64,000 bases of DNA from Vitrella brassicaformis CCMP3155 (GCA_001179505.1 CDMY01000635.1:62001-126000); one strand, 5' to 3'. Positions 1-15,051 are shown, numbered from the stretch's first letter. Numbers and translations are program-made. Notes: generated by a model from the sequence alone, not told the origin.

Positions 1-377
1 CACCACACATCCCGTCAGTGGCTGCACTGCACACCCCGCCCCCCCCCCCCCCCCCCNNNNNNNNNNNNNNNNNNNNNNNNNNNNNNNNNNNNNNNNNNNN
101 NNNNNNNNNNNNNNNNNNNNNNNNNNNNNNNNNNNNNNNNNNNNNNNNNNNNNNNNNNNNNNNNNNNNNNNNNNNNNNNNNNNNNNNNNNNNNNNNNNNN
201 NNNNNNNNNNNNNNNNNNNNNNNNNNNNNNNNNNNNNNNNNNNNNNNNNNNNNNNNNNNNNNNNNNNNNNNNNNNNNNNNNNNNNNNNNNNNNNNNNNNN
301 NNNNNNNNNNNNNNNNNNNNNNNNNNNNNNNNNNNNNNNNNNNNNNNNNNNNNNNNCCCCCCCCCCCCCCCCCCCCC

Positions 378-410
<33 letters not shown>

Positions 411-3400
411 CTGTCCCCGAGTCCGACGACAAAGCCGACCATGCTCCATGCTGCAGTGGAGCTGACGTACTGCCGGCGGGCCGCCACCCACGACATGGCG
501 TCACTGCCGTAGTGAAGCATGTACCACCTAAACACATACACACACACGGCGGGCTGAACGTAGGCTGTGGGTGGGCATGTCGGCTGCTTGGTTGGTAGGT
601 TGGTTGGTTACTTGTGGAGTGCGGGTGGCCATCGCTTGATGGCGTGCTCGACGTAGAGCTTGTAGCGGTCTTTGAACTCCTTGTTGTTCTTCTGGTCGTT
701 GTACCGCTGAGTCTGATGGATGACAGATGACACACAACACACACCAACCAGCACAGACAGACATTAGTGGCTGCTCTCCTGGTCTGGTCGGTGTGTGGGT
801 GTGTGTGTGGGTGGCTGGGTGCGGTGGCCAGACCAGGCCGAGCATGTCTTGTTTGAGTCTGGTGAGGGTCTTGGTGCCCTGGAAGAGCACCCGCCAGGCC
901 TCGAACAGCACGTTCCGCATCGTGGTCGTGTACGGCACCCACTCGATCATGCCCGTCACCTCGGTCAAGGTCACCACGCTAAACGTGCGCAGCTGCAGTT
1001 AACACACACACAGCCACAGCCACAGCCACACCATACACACAGAGGATCTTCTGGGTGGCATACGGATGCAGTCAGTCGCTCGTTTCGTGTTTGTGTGTGT
1101 GTGTGTGGTTTGTGTCGTGTCGTGTCGTGTGCACCTTACCTGTATGTCCTGGGTTTCCCGTTTGTGGCTGAAGAGGTAGTTGCATAGCTGTGCGACTTCC
1201 ATGATGCGGCTGTCCTTGCGCAGGTCGCCCTTCTCCTCCTGCTTGACGAGCCAGTGGTACTCCCGGCCGTTGCTGGCCTCCATGGTGATGCGCTTCGGAC
1301 GCTGCTTGGACCGCATGATCTTGACCACACTGCCGAAACGAGACAACGTGATCTGCACACAGCACAGGCAGCATCACATCACAGACAGCCACAGCCAAGG
1401 AGAATAATCCGGCCCATGGTTTTGGCTGACTGCTATCGTCGTGTGCCGTGCCGTGCCGTGCCATGGTTGATCTGTTTCTTTCTGTGTGTACCACACCCAC
1501 CTGTCCCTCATACGCCGTATGTGTGTCAGTGTTGGAGTCCCATAAGGTGTTATCGGGGAAGCGCGGGCGGATCTGTGCCTGCCGGTCGTTGAGTGGCCCG
1601 TCCCACGGCTCGGGGGCGGCCTCGGGCATGCGGGGGGACAGCTGTGAGAGGATGGGGACGATGATGCCGTGTTTGGGGTCCGGGCCGCTGTTGAACCTCT
1701 TGAGGTAGTCCCAGTACCAGGGGTCCTTCGAGTCGATGTGATCTCTCCTGTCGATGTTGGGCACGCGCGACATGGTGTCCTTGGCGATGATCTCCATCTC
1801 GTGAGAAAAGTGGTAATACCTAAACACACACACACACACACAGACAGACACACATGCCGGCCGGGATGGCTCACTGTTGCCGAATGTGTGTGTGTCTGTC
1901 TCACTGACTCATCGAAGAGTCCTTCCAGTTCTCGACGGCCGCGATCTTGCCAAGTGCGATGACCATAGACCACCTGCACGCCACACACGCCAGCACAGCC
2001 CAGCCCAGCCCACCTCAGGGTGCATTCACCTGCCGAGTGTGTTTGGCGTGGCGTACGTACCTTGCCCCAGATTTCGTCGGCGACCTTTTCCTGTCGCTTT
2101 TTGTCGAGGTTGGATCGTTTGAGCGGCAGGAGGTGCCAGGCGGCCTGGTGCGGGTGGGCGCGGGCCATGTACACCAACAGGTCCTTGACGAAGTCACCCA
2201 GATGACGGTGGCTCACACGACCTGCGTGACACACAACACAGAGGAGCCAAACCACGGACAGAGAGCCATGCCATGTGTGGTTACTCTTGGTGTGCGTGTC
2301 ATGGCTGGCTGCTCACTCACTGATAAGTTGCGGCAGAATGAGCATCCACTTGTAGGGGGCGATCTGTCTGAACCGCTCGAGGAGTATCCTGCGCAGCCCA
2401 TCCCGGATGGCCTTCCGCTCTTCCCTACTCCACTCAAACGCCTTGCCCTCCAGCAGCAGACTGTTCCTCTCCATCTCACGGCGAGCACCGCTCGCACCGC
2501 TGGTGGTGTACTGACCACTACCCGACCGGCTGCCTGAGCTCCTGCCAGACCCACCAGCAGCAGCAGCAGCCGCAGCAGCCCCGCCGCCCGATCTTGGGGC
2601 CGCTGCGGCATGTCGGCTGGATGTGTGTGATGGGCCGGGTGAGCCACCGGAGTCGGGTTGTGAGGAGTCTGTGTCGGTCTCTGGGACGGACTGGAAGACC
2701 ACCTGCAGCAGGCGGTTGAGTGAGTGGTGAAGGGTCTTGTGGCCGTGCTTGAGGGTCAGCATGTAGTGCGTCACGCACTCCTTCAACACCTCCACCAATC
2801 GCAGACCTGACAAGACAAGGCAACCAATGACGGACAGACACATCAGCCGTCCATGCCAGCCATGGGTACACACACCTTCCTGTGTGTGTGTGTGTCTAGA
2901 GTACTGACTGACCGGGTGAGGCTCCGATTTTCTTGGGTGAGTCAGGGTCAGTGCTCCTCCAGGGCATCTTGTCCTTGATGACGGCCGTGAGCAGCCGGTC
3001 CAACGCACGAGCGAACTCAAAATGCAGCATCTCTGACGAACCCAACCGCTCAAACGCCTGTGTAGATGTGTAGGCACACACATCACACACGCATCCCTCC
3101 AGCACACCATCCATCCCCCTCGCCCCTCCCTGCCCTGTCTGTGTGTGGTGTGTGACCTGACTGACCTCGTTGTGTCCCTTGACAATGGTGAGAGGGTCGA
3201 GGAGACCCTCCTCGGCCACCCACTTGAGGCGCAGGACCAGCGCCTCGTTGCCGTGGAAGTGCTCCGGGAGGTTGTACTCCTTGAGGTCGATGGCGGTGTG
3301 CCTGTCGCGGGGCAGGGGGGGCAAGGCGGCGATCACTGGCGTCAGCAGGCTGATGGCGCCCTGCACGTCACCCTCCTGCTTCAGGATGTGGGCCCACTCG

Positions 3401-6400
3401 ATCTGCGCCGCCTTGAAGAGGTCTTTGAAGCGGTCCGACACGGGTTCGCCCTCCCGCTGTCTGGGCGCCAGCTGCAGCCAGCTGTGGAGCTGTGAGGGTA
3501 TGGGCAGGTTGGCCTTCTCCTCACGGATGGCCCTGCACGCCTTGACGATGCACTCCATCGAGAGCTCCCGCTGATCGATGCACTCGCACACGGCGGCGTT
3601 GGCCGTCAGCAGCCGCGCCCTGGTATCGGCCGAGGGCTTGGTGACGGCCAGACGCTCGAAGATGGTCCGGCCCAGCTCGGCCTCCCAGTTGTCCTTCTTG
3701 CCCTTCCACAGCTTCACGGCCCACTCAAGGTCAGACAGCATGTGGAACTCCTCCAGGAAACCATACGCACGCTCCAGGAGCCCCGACGAGTGCTCGTGGG
3801 AGTCCTGTGCGCCGGCAGTGAAGGCGGAGAAGAGCTCCTGCCGGGCCTGGTCGATGGCCACGATGTGCGAGGGGGAGGGGTCGGTGCGGCCGTCGAGGGG
3901 CGTCAGCTCCATCGACGGGGAGCCGCCCGATGCTGAGGCGGAGGCCGACGCAGACGCGCCGCTGATGCCCATCTTCTTGCAGTAGATCTCGTTGAAGATG
4001 CGGCCAAGGTGCTGCTGGAAGTCCCGCTCCAGCTGTGGCACGATGGTGCCGAGGAGGGTAGTGGTGCCATCACACTGTGGTGGCATGGCTGGCGTGTCCT
4101 TGGTGGGTGCGCGGTCCAGGGCGGGTTTGATGTCGCCCCACTGGCTGAGCTGCCAGAGGGCCTGCAGGCCCTCGGCCGCGATGTAGGGCTTCATGCTGTC
4201 CTCGAACCCCTTGAAGACCAGCTGCACGGTGCCACGGTTGCCATTGCAGTTGAGGCATTGCAGGTACCCACGCATCAGGAGAGGGTCGTCAGGCCTGGGA
4301 GGGGAGGGGAGGGGCAATACATATACGCCAGCCACCGACACAACAGACAGACAGACAGACAGACATGTGTCTCTCTCTTTGTAGACTTCCTGCCTGCCTG
4401 CCCACCATTTACCCACCCCCTGCACTGCACTCACTGACTGACTGACTGACTCACTTTTTTCTGAGTGCCTCTTCGTAGAGTGAGATGGCCCTGGGCCAGT
4501 GCCCCTTCTGGTGGCTTTTGTAGATCAGGTTGATCAGAGTGGGAGCCCTCTCGGGGTTGTTGGTGGCCCCCACCACCCCCTCGGTGTCCCTCAGGCCGCT
4601 GTAGATGCCCTGCAGCAGCACCCAGTCCTCCTCCTTCAGCACCGGCATGTGCGGCAGCGGGTGGCCTGACTGATGCACATAAGGCGTGTCGGGCCGGCCG
4701 CCCTCGGCCGCACCGCTGGCCGTCATCTGGGGCATCGAACCACCCAGGATGTCAGACTCCAGCAACAGCAGCGCCCTGACAGACAGATGGCATCCATGGA
4801 CGCATTGCATTCACATGTGTGTGTGCTGTCGGCCTTATTGGTGGTGGTCGTCGAGTGCACCGACCGACCTGCCATGTTCTCCGGCCTCGAGTGCCGTTTT
4901 GGCGAGGGTCCTGAGGGGGAATCCCTTGAGGAAGTCGTGTATCCTGCGGAACTTGTATTCCTTCCTGTTGCAGCGGCGCCCCACCTCCCGGCGCTGGTCA
5001 TCCGTGACATTGGAGCTGTAGGTGTACTGCTCCACCTGCTCCTTGCTGGCCAAGAAGTCATCCTCCACACACCGCCGCCACTCCTCCAGCCGATCCAGCA
5101 AAGAGAACAGGATGCTCCACGCCAACGAGTGGTTGTCGTCGCCGCGCCACCCCATGGCCGGGGGGCCGCCCGAGTCGTCATCCTCTAAGTCCTCCTGCAT
5201 GGGTGCCTGGCCGGGCTGTGTGGCGAGGAACCGAGGTGCCTCGACGAGGGGCTGTGTGGAAATGTCGGCGTTGATGGCTGTGTTCTCGCCGGTGGTGCGG
5301 CCCGACTTGAAGAGGGCCAACATGCGGTCGCGGGCCTGACTCAACACCTGACAGACAGACAGCGGGGGAACGAGGATGGATGGTAATGGTGATGGGTGTG
5401 TGTGGTTCAGTCAGTCAGTCAGTCACCGCTTACCGCATCCGGGGCCTTCTCGAGAAGGATTTCCATGATGTGTGGTAGGAGGAATTTGGCGAGGGCGGGC
5501 GACTCGAACATGGCCGAGTAGCACGCCTTGAAGAGCTGCCCCCGATACAGCTTGTCGCCTGGCAGACGCGTGTCGCCCAGCTTGTCCACCACATCGTCAA
5601 TCGCCCAACTGACAAGCCACATCCACAATCAATCCACATGTCTCTCCTGCACTTTCGTCTATCTACCTCCCCCGTGTGTCGTGTCTCACCCACCCATTTA
5701 CCCGATGAATCCCATGAGTGAGGACGGGCTTGCGAGTCCCTGTGTGTACCCCCATGACGTGTCCAGGTAGGGAATGAGCTGCCCCTGGGACAGCTTGGCG
5801 TTGAACCGCATCCACACCTTCTCCGCCTCGCTCTTCGGGAACTCCTCAGTGCTATGGATGATCCGCGGCTCCTTGAGCTGCCCACGGATGCCGAGGAACC
5901 GCAGAATCTCCTGCGCCGAGTAGCCCATACTGTTCTGGTTGAGGTACGACACCAGGAAGTCGTCGACCACACGGATGGCCAGGTCGTCCGGCCGGGTGTG
6001 CCAGGGAGGGGCTGCCTGGGGGGCCGCGGGGAGGTTGTGAGTGGTGGCCACGGGGGGAGACCGACGCATTATCTGCTCCAGCCGCTCTGCAGGCAGGATA
6101 CAGCACAGCCAGTGTGGGAACGGGGTACGTAGGTGGGGAGGGTGTGGCGTGGTGTGGTGGATTTGTGTTAGTTGACCTGGATGGACAGCTCCGATGTCGC
6201 CGAGGGCCGCCAGGCAGAGAGACCCCATCATGGCGGCCTTCTGGCTTGACACACCTGCACACAACCACACACGCACCAACACGACACGACCATTTGACGA
6301 TAGCTGCTCCTCGAATTGGTGTTCAGTGCCTGCACACCTTTGTCGCTGTCTTTGCCGTCTTCTCCTTCCGGCCCGAACTCCATGGCCAGGTCAATGAGCG

Positions 6401-9400
6401 ACTTGATCAGCTCCCCCAACAACTGCAGCTGAGACTCGTGGGCCACAATCTGACCAACCAACACACATATGCAAACAGGCCATATATTCACAGCGGAGAG
6501 CATCACCTCTCTTCTTGCCTGTCCGTCCGCCGCCCAGCCCAGCCCACCTGCTTGTGGAATGTCTTGCGCTTGTCTGGTGTCTCTGTGAGGCTCCTGAGCG
6601 TCATGACGGCAGCCTTGCGTGCGTCGAAGGAGTTGCCCTTCTTGAGGTCCTCCACCACCTGGCGCACACGGCCCACCAGGTTATCGTCCTCCACCCCCTT
6701 CTCCCGACGCAGCTTGGCGATGCGCTTCCGCGGCCCCTCGAACGCACTGCTCGCCGGCAGCATGGGCATGCGCGACAGCACATCCGGCACCAGCCTCTCG
6801 GCCTCCTGCACGGCGAATGCGATGAGCCTGGCGACGGCGCCTCGGTTCTTTTCCTCCTCTGAGGCCAGTCCGCCCCTGGCGAGGTTGTGGTGCAGTGTGG
6901 TGAGGTCGTCGATCATGGCGTGGGTGTGGCCGCGGATGACCAGGAAGCTGACGTGGGAGAGGAGCACTCGCCAGCAGTCGACGGCACCAGGGTGGTAGCC
7001 AGAGGCGTTGGTCAACACACGCAGGAAATCCAACACCTGATTGATATATGGGCCATATATAGGGCCATACATCCATCTGGTGTGTGTGTGGTTGATTCGG
7101 TCCTGTGTGTGGGTGTGGTGCTATATATGCTACCTTGACGAAGTTGGGGCTGAGTTGCTTCTCGGCCACGTCGTACAGCAGAGCAACATACCTGCAGACC
7201 AGACGGACCGGAGAGACCAGAATAAATGACTACACACGTCACTGAGTCAGTCAGGGGCCCTCCCTCCCCTCCCCCTCATCCATTCTGTTCTCCCCCTCCC
7301 CTCCCCCTCCCCCTCCCCACCTGAACATGCGCGGCCACGGGATGGCGCCCACGACCTCGTTGTCCCTCGACACGGCCACACCGGGCACGAAGCACTGCTG
7401 GATGCCCCTCTCAGAGTCGTCCTTGGCGGCCGCCTTCCTCACCACATAGTCGCTAATCTTCTCCAGGCTGAAGATGAAGTTGTTGGACATCATGAGGTAG
7501 TTCTGCACCTTCTCCTCCCACGGCTCGCGAGACGCCTCGCCACGCCTCCCCGCCCCCTGGCCAGCACCGCCGCCCCCACCACCACCACCACCAGCGGCAG
7601 CCGCCGCCGCCCCGGCTTTGGGTCGTTTCTGTGCAGGTGCGGCGGGTGGGGGGGCGGTGCGCTTGAGTGCTGGGTTGCGATGGGGCTGGTGTGGGTCGTC
7701 GACGGCCATGGGTTGGGGACCGTCAGACCCCAGGCCGAGGTTGGTGAGTGGGGTGCTGACTGAGAGGGATCGGTTGTCGATGTCGACCATGGAGCACATG
7801 AAGAACAGCACGTGGCGCACCACCTTGGTCTGCACGTCGAAGATGCCGTCGTCGTCGATCTTGAGGGCAGCGGTCCTGTCGACGGCCGGCACCTCCTCCT
7901 TCCGCCCGCCCTTGCGCTCTCTCTTGGCGGCCCGGGGGGGCGGCGGCGGCGGCGGCGCACTCCCATCCTCATCGCTGTCGTCAATCACTATGGCTGCTGC
8001 CGCTGCAGCTGCCGGGACCGGCGGGGCGGCCCCTGCAGCAGCAGCTGCTGCAGCAGCCGGTTGTGCCGGGGCTGGTGTGGTGTGTGGTTGGGACAGCTGT
8101 GTGGACTGTGTGCCACCGGATAGAGCTGAGGGGTTGAAGAGGAGCTGCTGGAGGTAGCATGGCGACGTGACGCGCCAGAGTGAGTTGAGGATGATACGCA
8201 TGATCAACGGGCGCACAATCTCGTTGGGCGACGGCAGATGACTGAGTGAGCCAACACACACAAAGGAAGAACCAGCCAGGGAGGGACATGTGTGTGTGTG
8301 TAGGTGTGGTGTGCGGTGTGTGGATGGGGGTGGGGGTGGTGTGGTGTGGTGTACGGTACAGTGGCCTTACTCACTCAGGTTCCATGATGTTGTTTTGGAT
8401 GAAGATGAGGTATGGGAAGCAGAAGTCGATGCGGATGCCCTTGACGATCCGCGCGTGGAGGCCCAGTGCGATGTACGTCCACAGGAAGTGGCTGCGGTGC
8501 GTGCTGCGGTAGTCGCCAGACCTTGGCCCACACATCCCTGACACGACAGACAGACAGAGCAACAAACACCACACCACCCACAACACACAAACAACATGGG
8601 TAGGTATGGCGCAGTGCGGTACGACCTCAAGCAGCCCAGCCCAGCCCATTGCTCCTCCTCTGCAGAGCTCACCTTGCATGGCGTCGAGGATGCGTGGGTT
8701 GCGCAGGACAATGACGGCGGGTGCCCACCGCCGGAACAGACGCTGCACCTCACTCGCAGCCGTCGGACCCCGACCGTCGCCTCGCAGAAACACTGTCAGC
8801 AAATTGTACACCGACTTGGGATACACACCGTGATCGCCAGGAGACCTCTGCGCCGCCACGGCCCCTCCCGAGCCGCCGCCACTCCCTGCAGCAGCAGCAG
8901 TAGCTGGTGCTGCCGCGGCAGCAGGCGCACTCCTCTGATGCATTTGCTGAGGCGGCCTGTCGGCGATCGCCTTGGCCGGTGGGAGTAGCATGGCGACGGC
9001 CACACAGTCGTTCATGCGGTCGAGGAAGTCGGCCACAGTGCCCCCCACCATGACCCTGATCAGGTGACACACGTGGTCAAGCTGGGCGGCCAGGGGGTTG
9101 ATCTGCGCCATGCCCTCGAACGACGGACAGGTGATGTCCTCCGTCAGCTCCGGGCCGTCCCGGGCCGCGATGTGGGGCGGCACGTCGATGGGGGGGGGGC
9201 GGTGCAGGCGGAGGTCCTTTGCGACGTTGGAGCGCACCGAGAGGCGCCAGGTGCGTGCGAAGAATGTGGAGATGAGCTGGCATGATGCGAATGGGAAGAG
9301 GATGGCGGCCCAGGTGGGGTCGGGGACAAAGATGTTCTCGTTGGTCTCTAGCGAGTCGTCCAACGGCGCCACACCCACCTCCTCGTGCAGCTTGTGCCGC

Positions 9401-11868
9401 CACTTGGACACCTTGGCCGCCGCCTTGTCCTTGTCCTTGTCGGCAATGGGCCAATCCTTCTGGCCTCGTGCCTGCGCCATGATCATGTGCAGTGGCCGCT
9501 TCATCGACTCAGTGCCCAGGAAGGGGCCCTCGTGGAGCTGCGACGTCTTCTCCTGGCCGTCCTCGCGCAGCGTGGGTCCCCAGTCGGTGACAGCCGATGC
9601 CAGCCAGAGCCTCGCGCGATCGCACACCGTCTGCATGCGGAGCTCTGCGGGTGTGCGCATCTCCTCCCTCTGTCTGCTGGGGCCGCCCTCCACCCCCACC
9701 TCCACAGCCGATCCAGGTGTGCTGAGCCAGGGGCCCATGTCCGGCGGGTCCTCCATGACGGTCTCGGCCGCCAGGAGGCAGCTGAGGAGGTGGTTGGATC
9801 GCATGATGGGGGCCAGCCAGACGGCCCCCTCGTTGGTGTGCTGCCGGAGTGTCTTGTCCTTGCCAGACTGAAAGAGCGAGTGGATGTTGCTGCCGTAGGC
9901 CTTGTGGATGGGCTTGGCCACGAGCTCCTTGCGGTCCAGCTGCAGCACCTTGTGCATGATGCGCAGAAGGGCCTCGCCGTGCCGCGACAGGTCCTGTCGT
10001 GACATCAGGAGCATGGCGGTGGTCAGCAGCGTGGCGACGCTCTCCTGCACCTGCTCCCCAGGATGGCCGGGGCCCACTGCTGGGGCGGGGTGGGCGGCGG
10101 AGGCAGGCGGGGCGTCTGCCGTCGCCTCTCCTGCCGGCTGTGGCTTGCGGTGGAGGTGTGTGGCTGCGGCCTGCAAGATCTCCATTAGTATGTCTGCGTT
10201 GGTGAGTAGGCCCACGGTATCGGGCACAGGCACGTGGGCGCCGCGCGATGAAGGGGACAAGATCTGAAGGTTGGCGTGGCTCCCAGGGTTCTGGATCCAA
10301 CACACCACACCGCACAGGCAGGGAGGGAGGCAATGAAATGTATTCAAATATTCCTTGCCTGCCTGGATCTCTCTCCTCTCCATGGCCATGCCGCCTCGCC
10401 TGACTCACCTGTGAGCGCTCTTTGCCGAAGGCATCGTCGATGTCCATGGGTGCCGGCCCGTCGTCGTCTCCGTTGTCACCGGGGGGGCACTCGTGGAACC
10501 GGCCCCTCTCCCTCAAATGCAGCACCGTCTTGAGCCACCTCTGGCCGGGGCGCGCCTTGCCGCCCACATCCAACGGCTGGTCACGCATCAGCCCCAACTG
10601 CATCGGCAGCACGGCACCGCAGTCCTCGTGCTGGCACCGGGGCAGACCCTCAACGCCCAATGCGCCCCGGCCGTCGGTGCTGTCAGGCTCCTGTTGTGGC
10701 TGTGGGTGGGTCGTGGCGGCGTCGAGGGGCACATGCGTGACCCACGCCTGCTGGTCCTCACATCGGCTCTCGTCGCCCTCCACCTGAAAGAGCCCACTCG
10801 ACGCCATGTGGAGCAGCTCCCCCGTCCGTATGGCGATCTCTTTCTCCCATCCGCCGCCGCCGCGGCCATGCCGTCCGCCTGCCCACACCGACGACGCCTG
10901 GTGCCAGGGGGTGAGCTTGCGGCTGAGCTCCTTGTCCAGCTGGAGAGCGTTAGCCGAGAATATCTTGGCGAACTGCCATGGGGGCGTGCACTGGGGCGTG
11001 GGGCGCCTCTTGCACCTGAGGCAGACGTCGACGGGTTGCAGTGGGATGCCGGTGCCGCAGCGGTAGGTGTTGTAGCGGACATTGCGGGAGGTGGGGGCCC
11101 GCCTGCCGAAGCGACCTGACAGGGCGCCCGCCTCAGTGGCATCTGAAAGATATATGGCCGGATGTATGGATGGATGGATGGATCGATGGATGGATGGATG
11201 GATGGATGGATGAGGGGACAGCAGGGGGAAGGGAGGGGACACACACATGCGATGCAGTGCAACGGGATCGGTGTGATTCAACGTTGGTGCGGAGCTGAGC
11301 TCTTACCTTCGAGCACGAACTGAGCCCATCCTGGCTTGGTGGCCTGTTAGGGATGTGAGGGGGACAAAACGAAAGGCGACCATCCGTCAGTCAGTTCATG
11401 AGGGTGCAGGGGAGGCTTACGTCTCTGAGTGGCTGCGCTTTGATCATGGCGTCGTCCTGCTCCCCCTGAGGCGTATCCAACGCCAGAGCCAGGGCCTGAC
11501 CGAAACACACTCAGACATGCCATGCACCGCACCCATCCCCAGTCTGTCTGTATACTGACTGACCAGCGACACGGAGTACAGAGCCGTCGAGACGGCTGCC
11601 GGCGAGGCCTGCTCCTTGAGCACTCGAAGCGAGACGGTCATCATCCGATCGACAATGTCCAGCGGCTTGATGGTGCTGCCCTGCGAGATCCGTATACCGG
11701 ACGGGCCATCACATGCGCCGCCCTCGACGTCTTGCGGCTCGGTGATGGCCTGCATGACGTCCGTGGCGACCGTCTGGTTGAGACTCGTCCAGATAAACAA
11801 CAAGGACGGCGACTGGCCCGTGGGATCCTCCGCCACACCCTCCTCCAGATACTGAACAGAAAGGCACA

Positions 11869-11906
<38 letters not shown>

Positions 11907-13722
11907 AGGAGAGATGGAGATGCACAAGGAGGGCGAGCGTTGGCTGTTGTCCCTGGTCAACGTACATCTAGGAAGCACTTGGCCTTCTGGTCCGCCGGCA
12001 CGCCCGGCGTCGAGACCAGCGCACCGCATAGCTGCGCCATCGCCGACACGGGCACCCGCTCATCCGCCTCTCCCTGCACGCCTCCCTCACCCTGCCCCTG
12101 CCCCTCAGCTGCGTCCACCTGCATGGCCCCCTGCCGCCCCCGGATGGCCTCGCGGTAGAAGCCCACGGCTTTGTTGAAGAGCTCGAAGAGGGCCACGGTG
12201 TCGACGGCCACGTCGCTCTCGCTGTCGGGCATGTTGGTCATCTGGCTGCTCATGCTCATTGCCATGAAGGACGCCTGTGGGGCGAAGGGGGGCTGAGACT
12301 GATCGAAGAGAGGGTTGTCGGGGATGGGTGTGTGGGTGGCGATCGACAGCAGGCTGCCCAGGTAGATGATGAGGTGGTGCAGCAGGTCGGGCGGCGCACG
12401 GGGCAGCACTCGCGCCTGATACCCAGACATATATACTGCTGGTGCTCGACGCCTGGGGGTCTGTGCTGCACGAATGAATGCCTTACTCGTGCATCGTCCT
12501 GGAGGAGGTCCGAGAGTGTGTCGGCGAAGTACTTGATCATCTCCTTGAGCTTGAGGCCGTTCGACCGCTGCAGATGGGCCGCATGGAGGCCACTGGTGCC
12601 GACCGCCGATGCTGCTGCTGCTGCCGATGCTGTTGAGGCTGTGGTCTTGGTCTGGCAGACGGCCTCCGCCAGGACACACAAGAGCCACAACAGATGCTCC
12701 AGCTGATCTGAAGCCACGATATGATGCAGGCAGACAGACAGACAAGACAGACAGACAGACAGAGGCAGGCAGGCAGGCAGGCACCACACAGATGGAGAGA
12801 GGGTGGCTCTATGTGTGTGTCTGGTGCACCCCCCAGCTACCCCACCTGTATCCTGGAGGGCACTGAGTCGGTAGCTCTGCTGTCGGGTCTCCTTGTGGAT
12901 GTAGCTCTTGATCTGCTTCATCAGCGTCCGTGCATGGTCTGAGACATGAGACATTCGCACCGCACGCACCCACACATGCAATGCACTCACTGCACACATA
13001 CAAATGTGAGGGCGTCACGAGCGCCCCTTCCTTCCCCCTCTGCTGACTGACCTTTCCCATAGGCCTCGACGAGGTTCTTGAGCCGTCGCTTCTGCCTCTG
13101 CAGCCCCGCCTGTGACGGCATCCCATCACCGCTTCCCTCCTCGTCCCCATCTCCCGCCAGCGACGCCCCCATCGACTCGCGAAGACACCCGGGGCCTCTG
13201 TACGGTGGCAGGGAGGTGCTCCTAGTAGAGGTGGAAGCGGTCCCTCCTGCTGCTGCTGCTGCCGCCGCGGAGCTTGTGGAAGTTGTGTGGTCGTCGAAGT
13301 CGTCTTCTGGCTCTGGCTCAGGGTCGTCCTGGGGGAAGAGGAAGCGCTTGAAGGAGGGCGGGAGCTGGGGGTACAGGGGGCGCAGACATGCAAACACCTG
13401 AAGCGACCAGTCCTGCAGGCAGGCAGCCAACATAAATGCAACAGACAGACATTGTCTGTGTGAGTATGTCTTTCCCATCTGTCTGTCTGTCTGTCTGTTG
13501 GTGTGTCTTGTCTCTTTGTACCTACCTACCTCATGCCAGCGCTCCTGCAGTGCGTTGATGAGTGTGGGTGTGTCAGGCTGCAGGGCGGGGAAGAGGAAGG
13601 CCGACGACCCGTGTTTCAGGAACCACTGCACCAGGCCCACCACCAGACACATGTGGTGGTTCCTGCCACACTCATCCCGCAACCACAACTCAATCAAACC
13701 AGGCAGCGACGATACCAACCTG

Positions 13723-13753
<31 letters not shown>

Positions 13754-15051
13754 CAGCGCATCAGCCCCCGTCCGTTGTGTCAATGTCGGCCTGCCGGTGT
13801 TGCAAGCCCACCTGCTACTGGCCGTGTCGCTGAGTCCCTGGTTGGGCGGCCCTCTGTCGCCCCTCGCCCTCTCCATGACCGTGGCGATCCTCAGGAAGGC
13901 CGCCACGGCCTGTCGAGTCACCAGTGGCCTCCGCTGACGCATCACCTGCCCCCTGGGTGTGTCCTCACGCGCACCGATGGCCAGGAGATTGGCCACCATC
14001 GCGATGAGGTACTCCTGCAGCTGTGCGGGCATGTATGGCGGCATGCGGCAGTGGCAGTGGGCAACCAAGTGGGCGCACAGGATGGTCATGTGTGTGGTGA
14101 GGTGGAGGGCCTCCTCGGCGCCGTACCAGGAGCGGGCAAACGATGGGTTTTGCAGCTGGTGGCTGAGGGTCTCCTGGAAGGGCTGCACACGGATCTTCAG
14201 CCCCTCAGCCGATTGGCTGCCCGTCGTCCCCTCCACCAATGCTGCATCCATCGACCGACCGACCGGGCCCATCAAGAACACAAGACAGACGCACATACAT
14301 GAGTGTGTGAGTGTGCCGTGCCCTCAACGCAGTGCAGCGTGGGTAGGCTGCCTAGCCTAGCCTACCCTGCATGTGTTTGCTGACGTCCGCCACCGCCGAG
14401 GAGAGGATGTTGGGGTCCATCATCTCCAGCTGACGCAGCACCTGCACAATCGTCTCCACAAACGGACCCGTCAACGACTCCATCTCACCCTGCACACATA
14501 ACATAACATACACACAAACACAGTTAGTTGCACGCCGAGTGCAGATGGGATGGGAGAGTGACTGAACCAGCCAACAACCTAATCTAGCCACCCAGCCCTA
14601 GCTATTCTTTCTCCCCCTTCTGTCGGTCGCTTACACTGGGAAGCATCTTGGCGAGGTTGGGCAGCAGGATCATCGTCCGACGCAGGTTGAACTGTGCGGG
14701 AGCATGTCGACACATAAGGCCGAGGAAGCACCTCTGCAGAAGGAGCAGCGTGCACTGCTGGTCTGTCCCAGTGCCACGCCGCACACCGCCCTCAGACCCG
14801 CCGCCGGCCGCTGCGGCAGCCGCGCCACCTGCATCCGGCTGCTGCTGCTGCTGCTGAGGGTGGTCCGCGAGTCCCATGGCCTTGAGTCGTGCGGGGAGTA
14901 TTTGGCTGAGTTGTGAGAAGGGCTCGCAGTTCTCCACGTGATGCTCGAGATCTCCATCACGATCTGCGCCCTCCTCGCACCAGTACAGGAGCTGGTAGAG
15001 GGGGTCCACCTCCTTGCCGCCGGGCCCGCTCGTCGAGGAGGGGAGGTCCAT
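1..15051 (-). CDS. ATR: ATR/Mec1-like PIKK serine/threonine kinase, multi-exon (HEAT/UME - FAT - PI3K-like kinase); 3' end runs off the window start or into the gap at 57-356
   Basis: Kinase-domain motifs on the minus strand: '[48 protein letters not shown]' (~1150-1330), '[17 protein letters not shown]' (~940-990) and '[24 protein letters not shown]' (~410-500). FAT end '[25 protein letters not shown]' and the ATR-like segment '[27 protein letters not shown]'. Start ATG at 15051 (MDLPSSTSG) is inferred; span includes many introns. Confidence 0.85.
57..356. other. Scaffold gap (300 N) flanked by poly-C
   Basis: Direct observation; lies just 3' of the ATR exon ending in GLGDR. Confidence 0.95.

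Noticed and set aside
381-408. Microsatellites such as (GT)n here and (AGTGC)6 at 38622-38651, as possible CRISPR-like or functional arrays
   Set aside because: Simple repeats without unique spacers, pervasive in the introns of this genome.
15-512. ORFs spanning the N gaps (also 32878-33580 and 40045-40649)
   Set aside because: Created by runs of N and poly-C/G; not real coding evidence.
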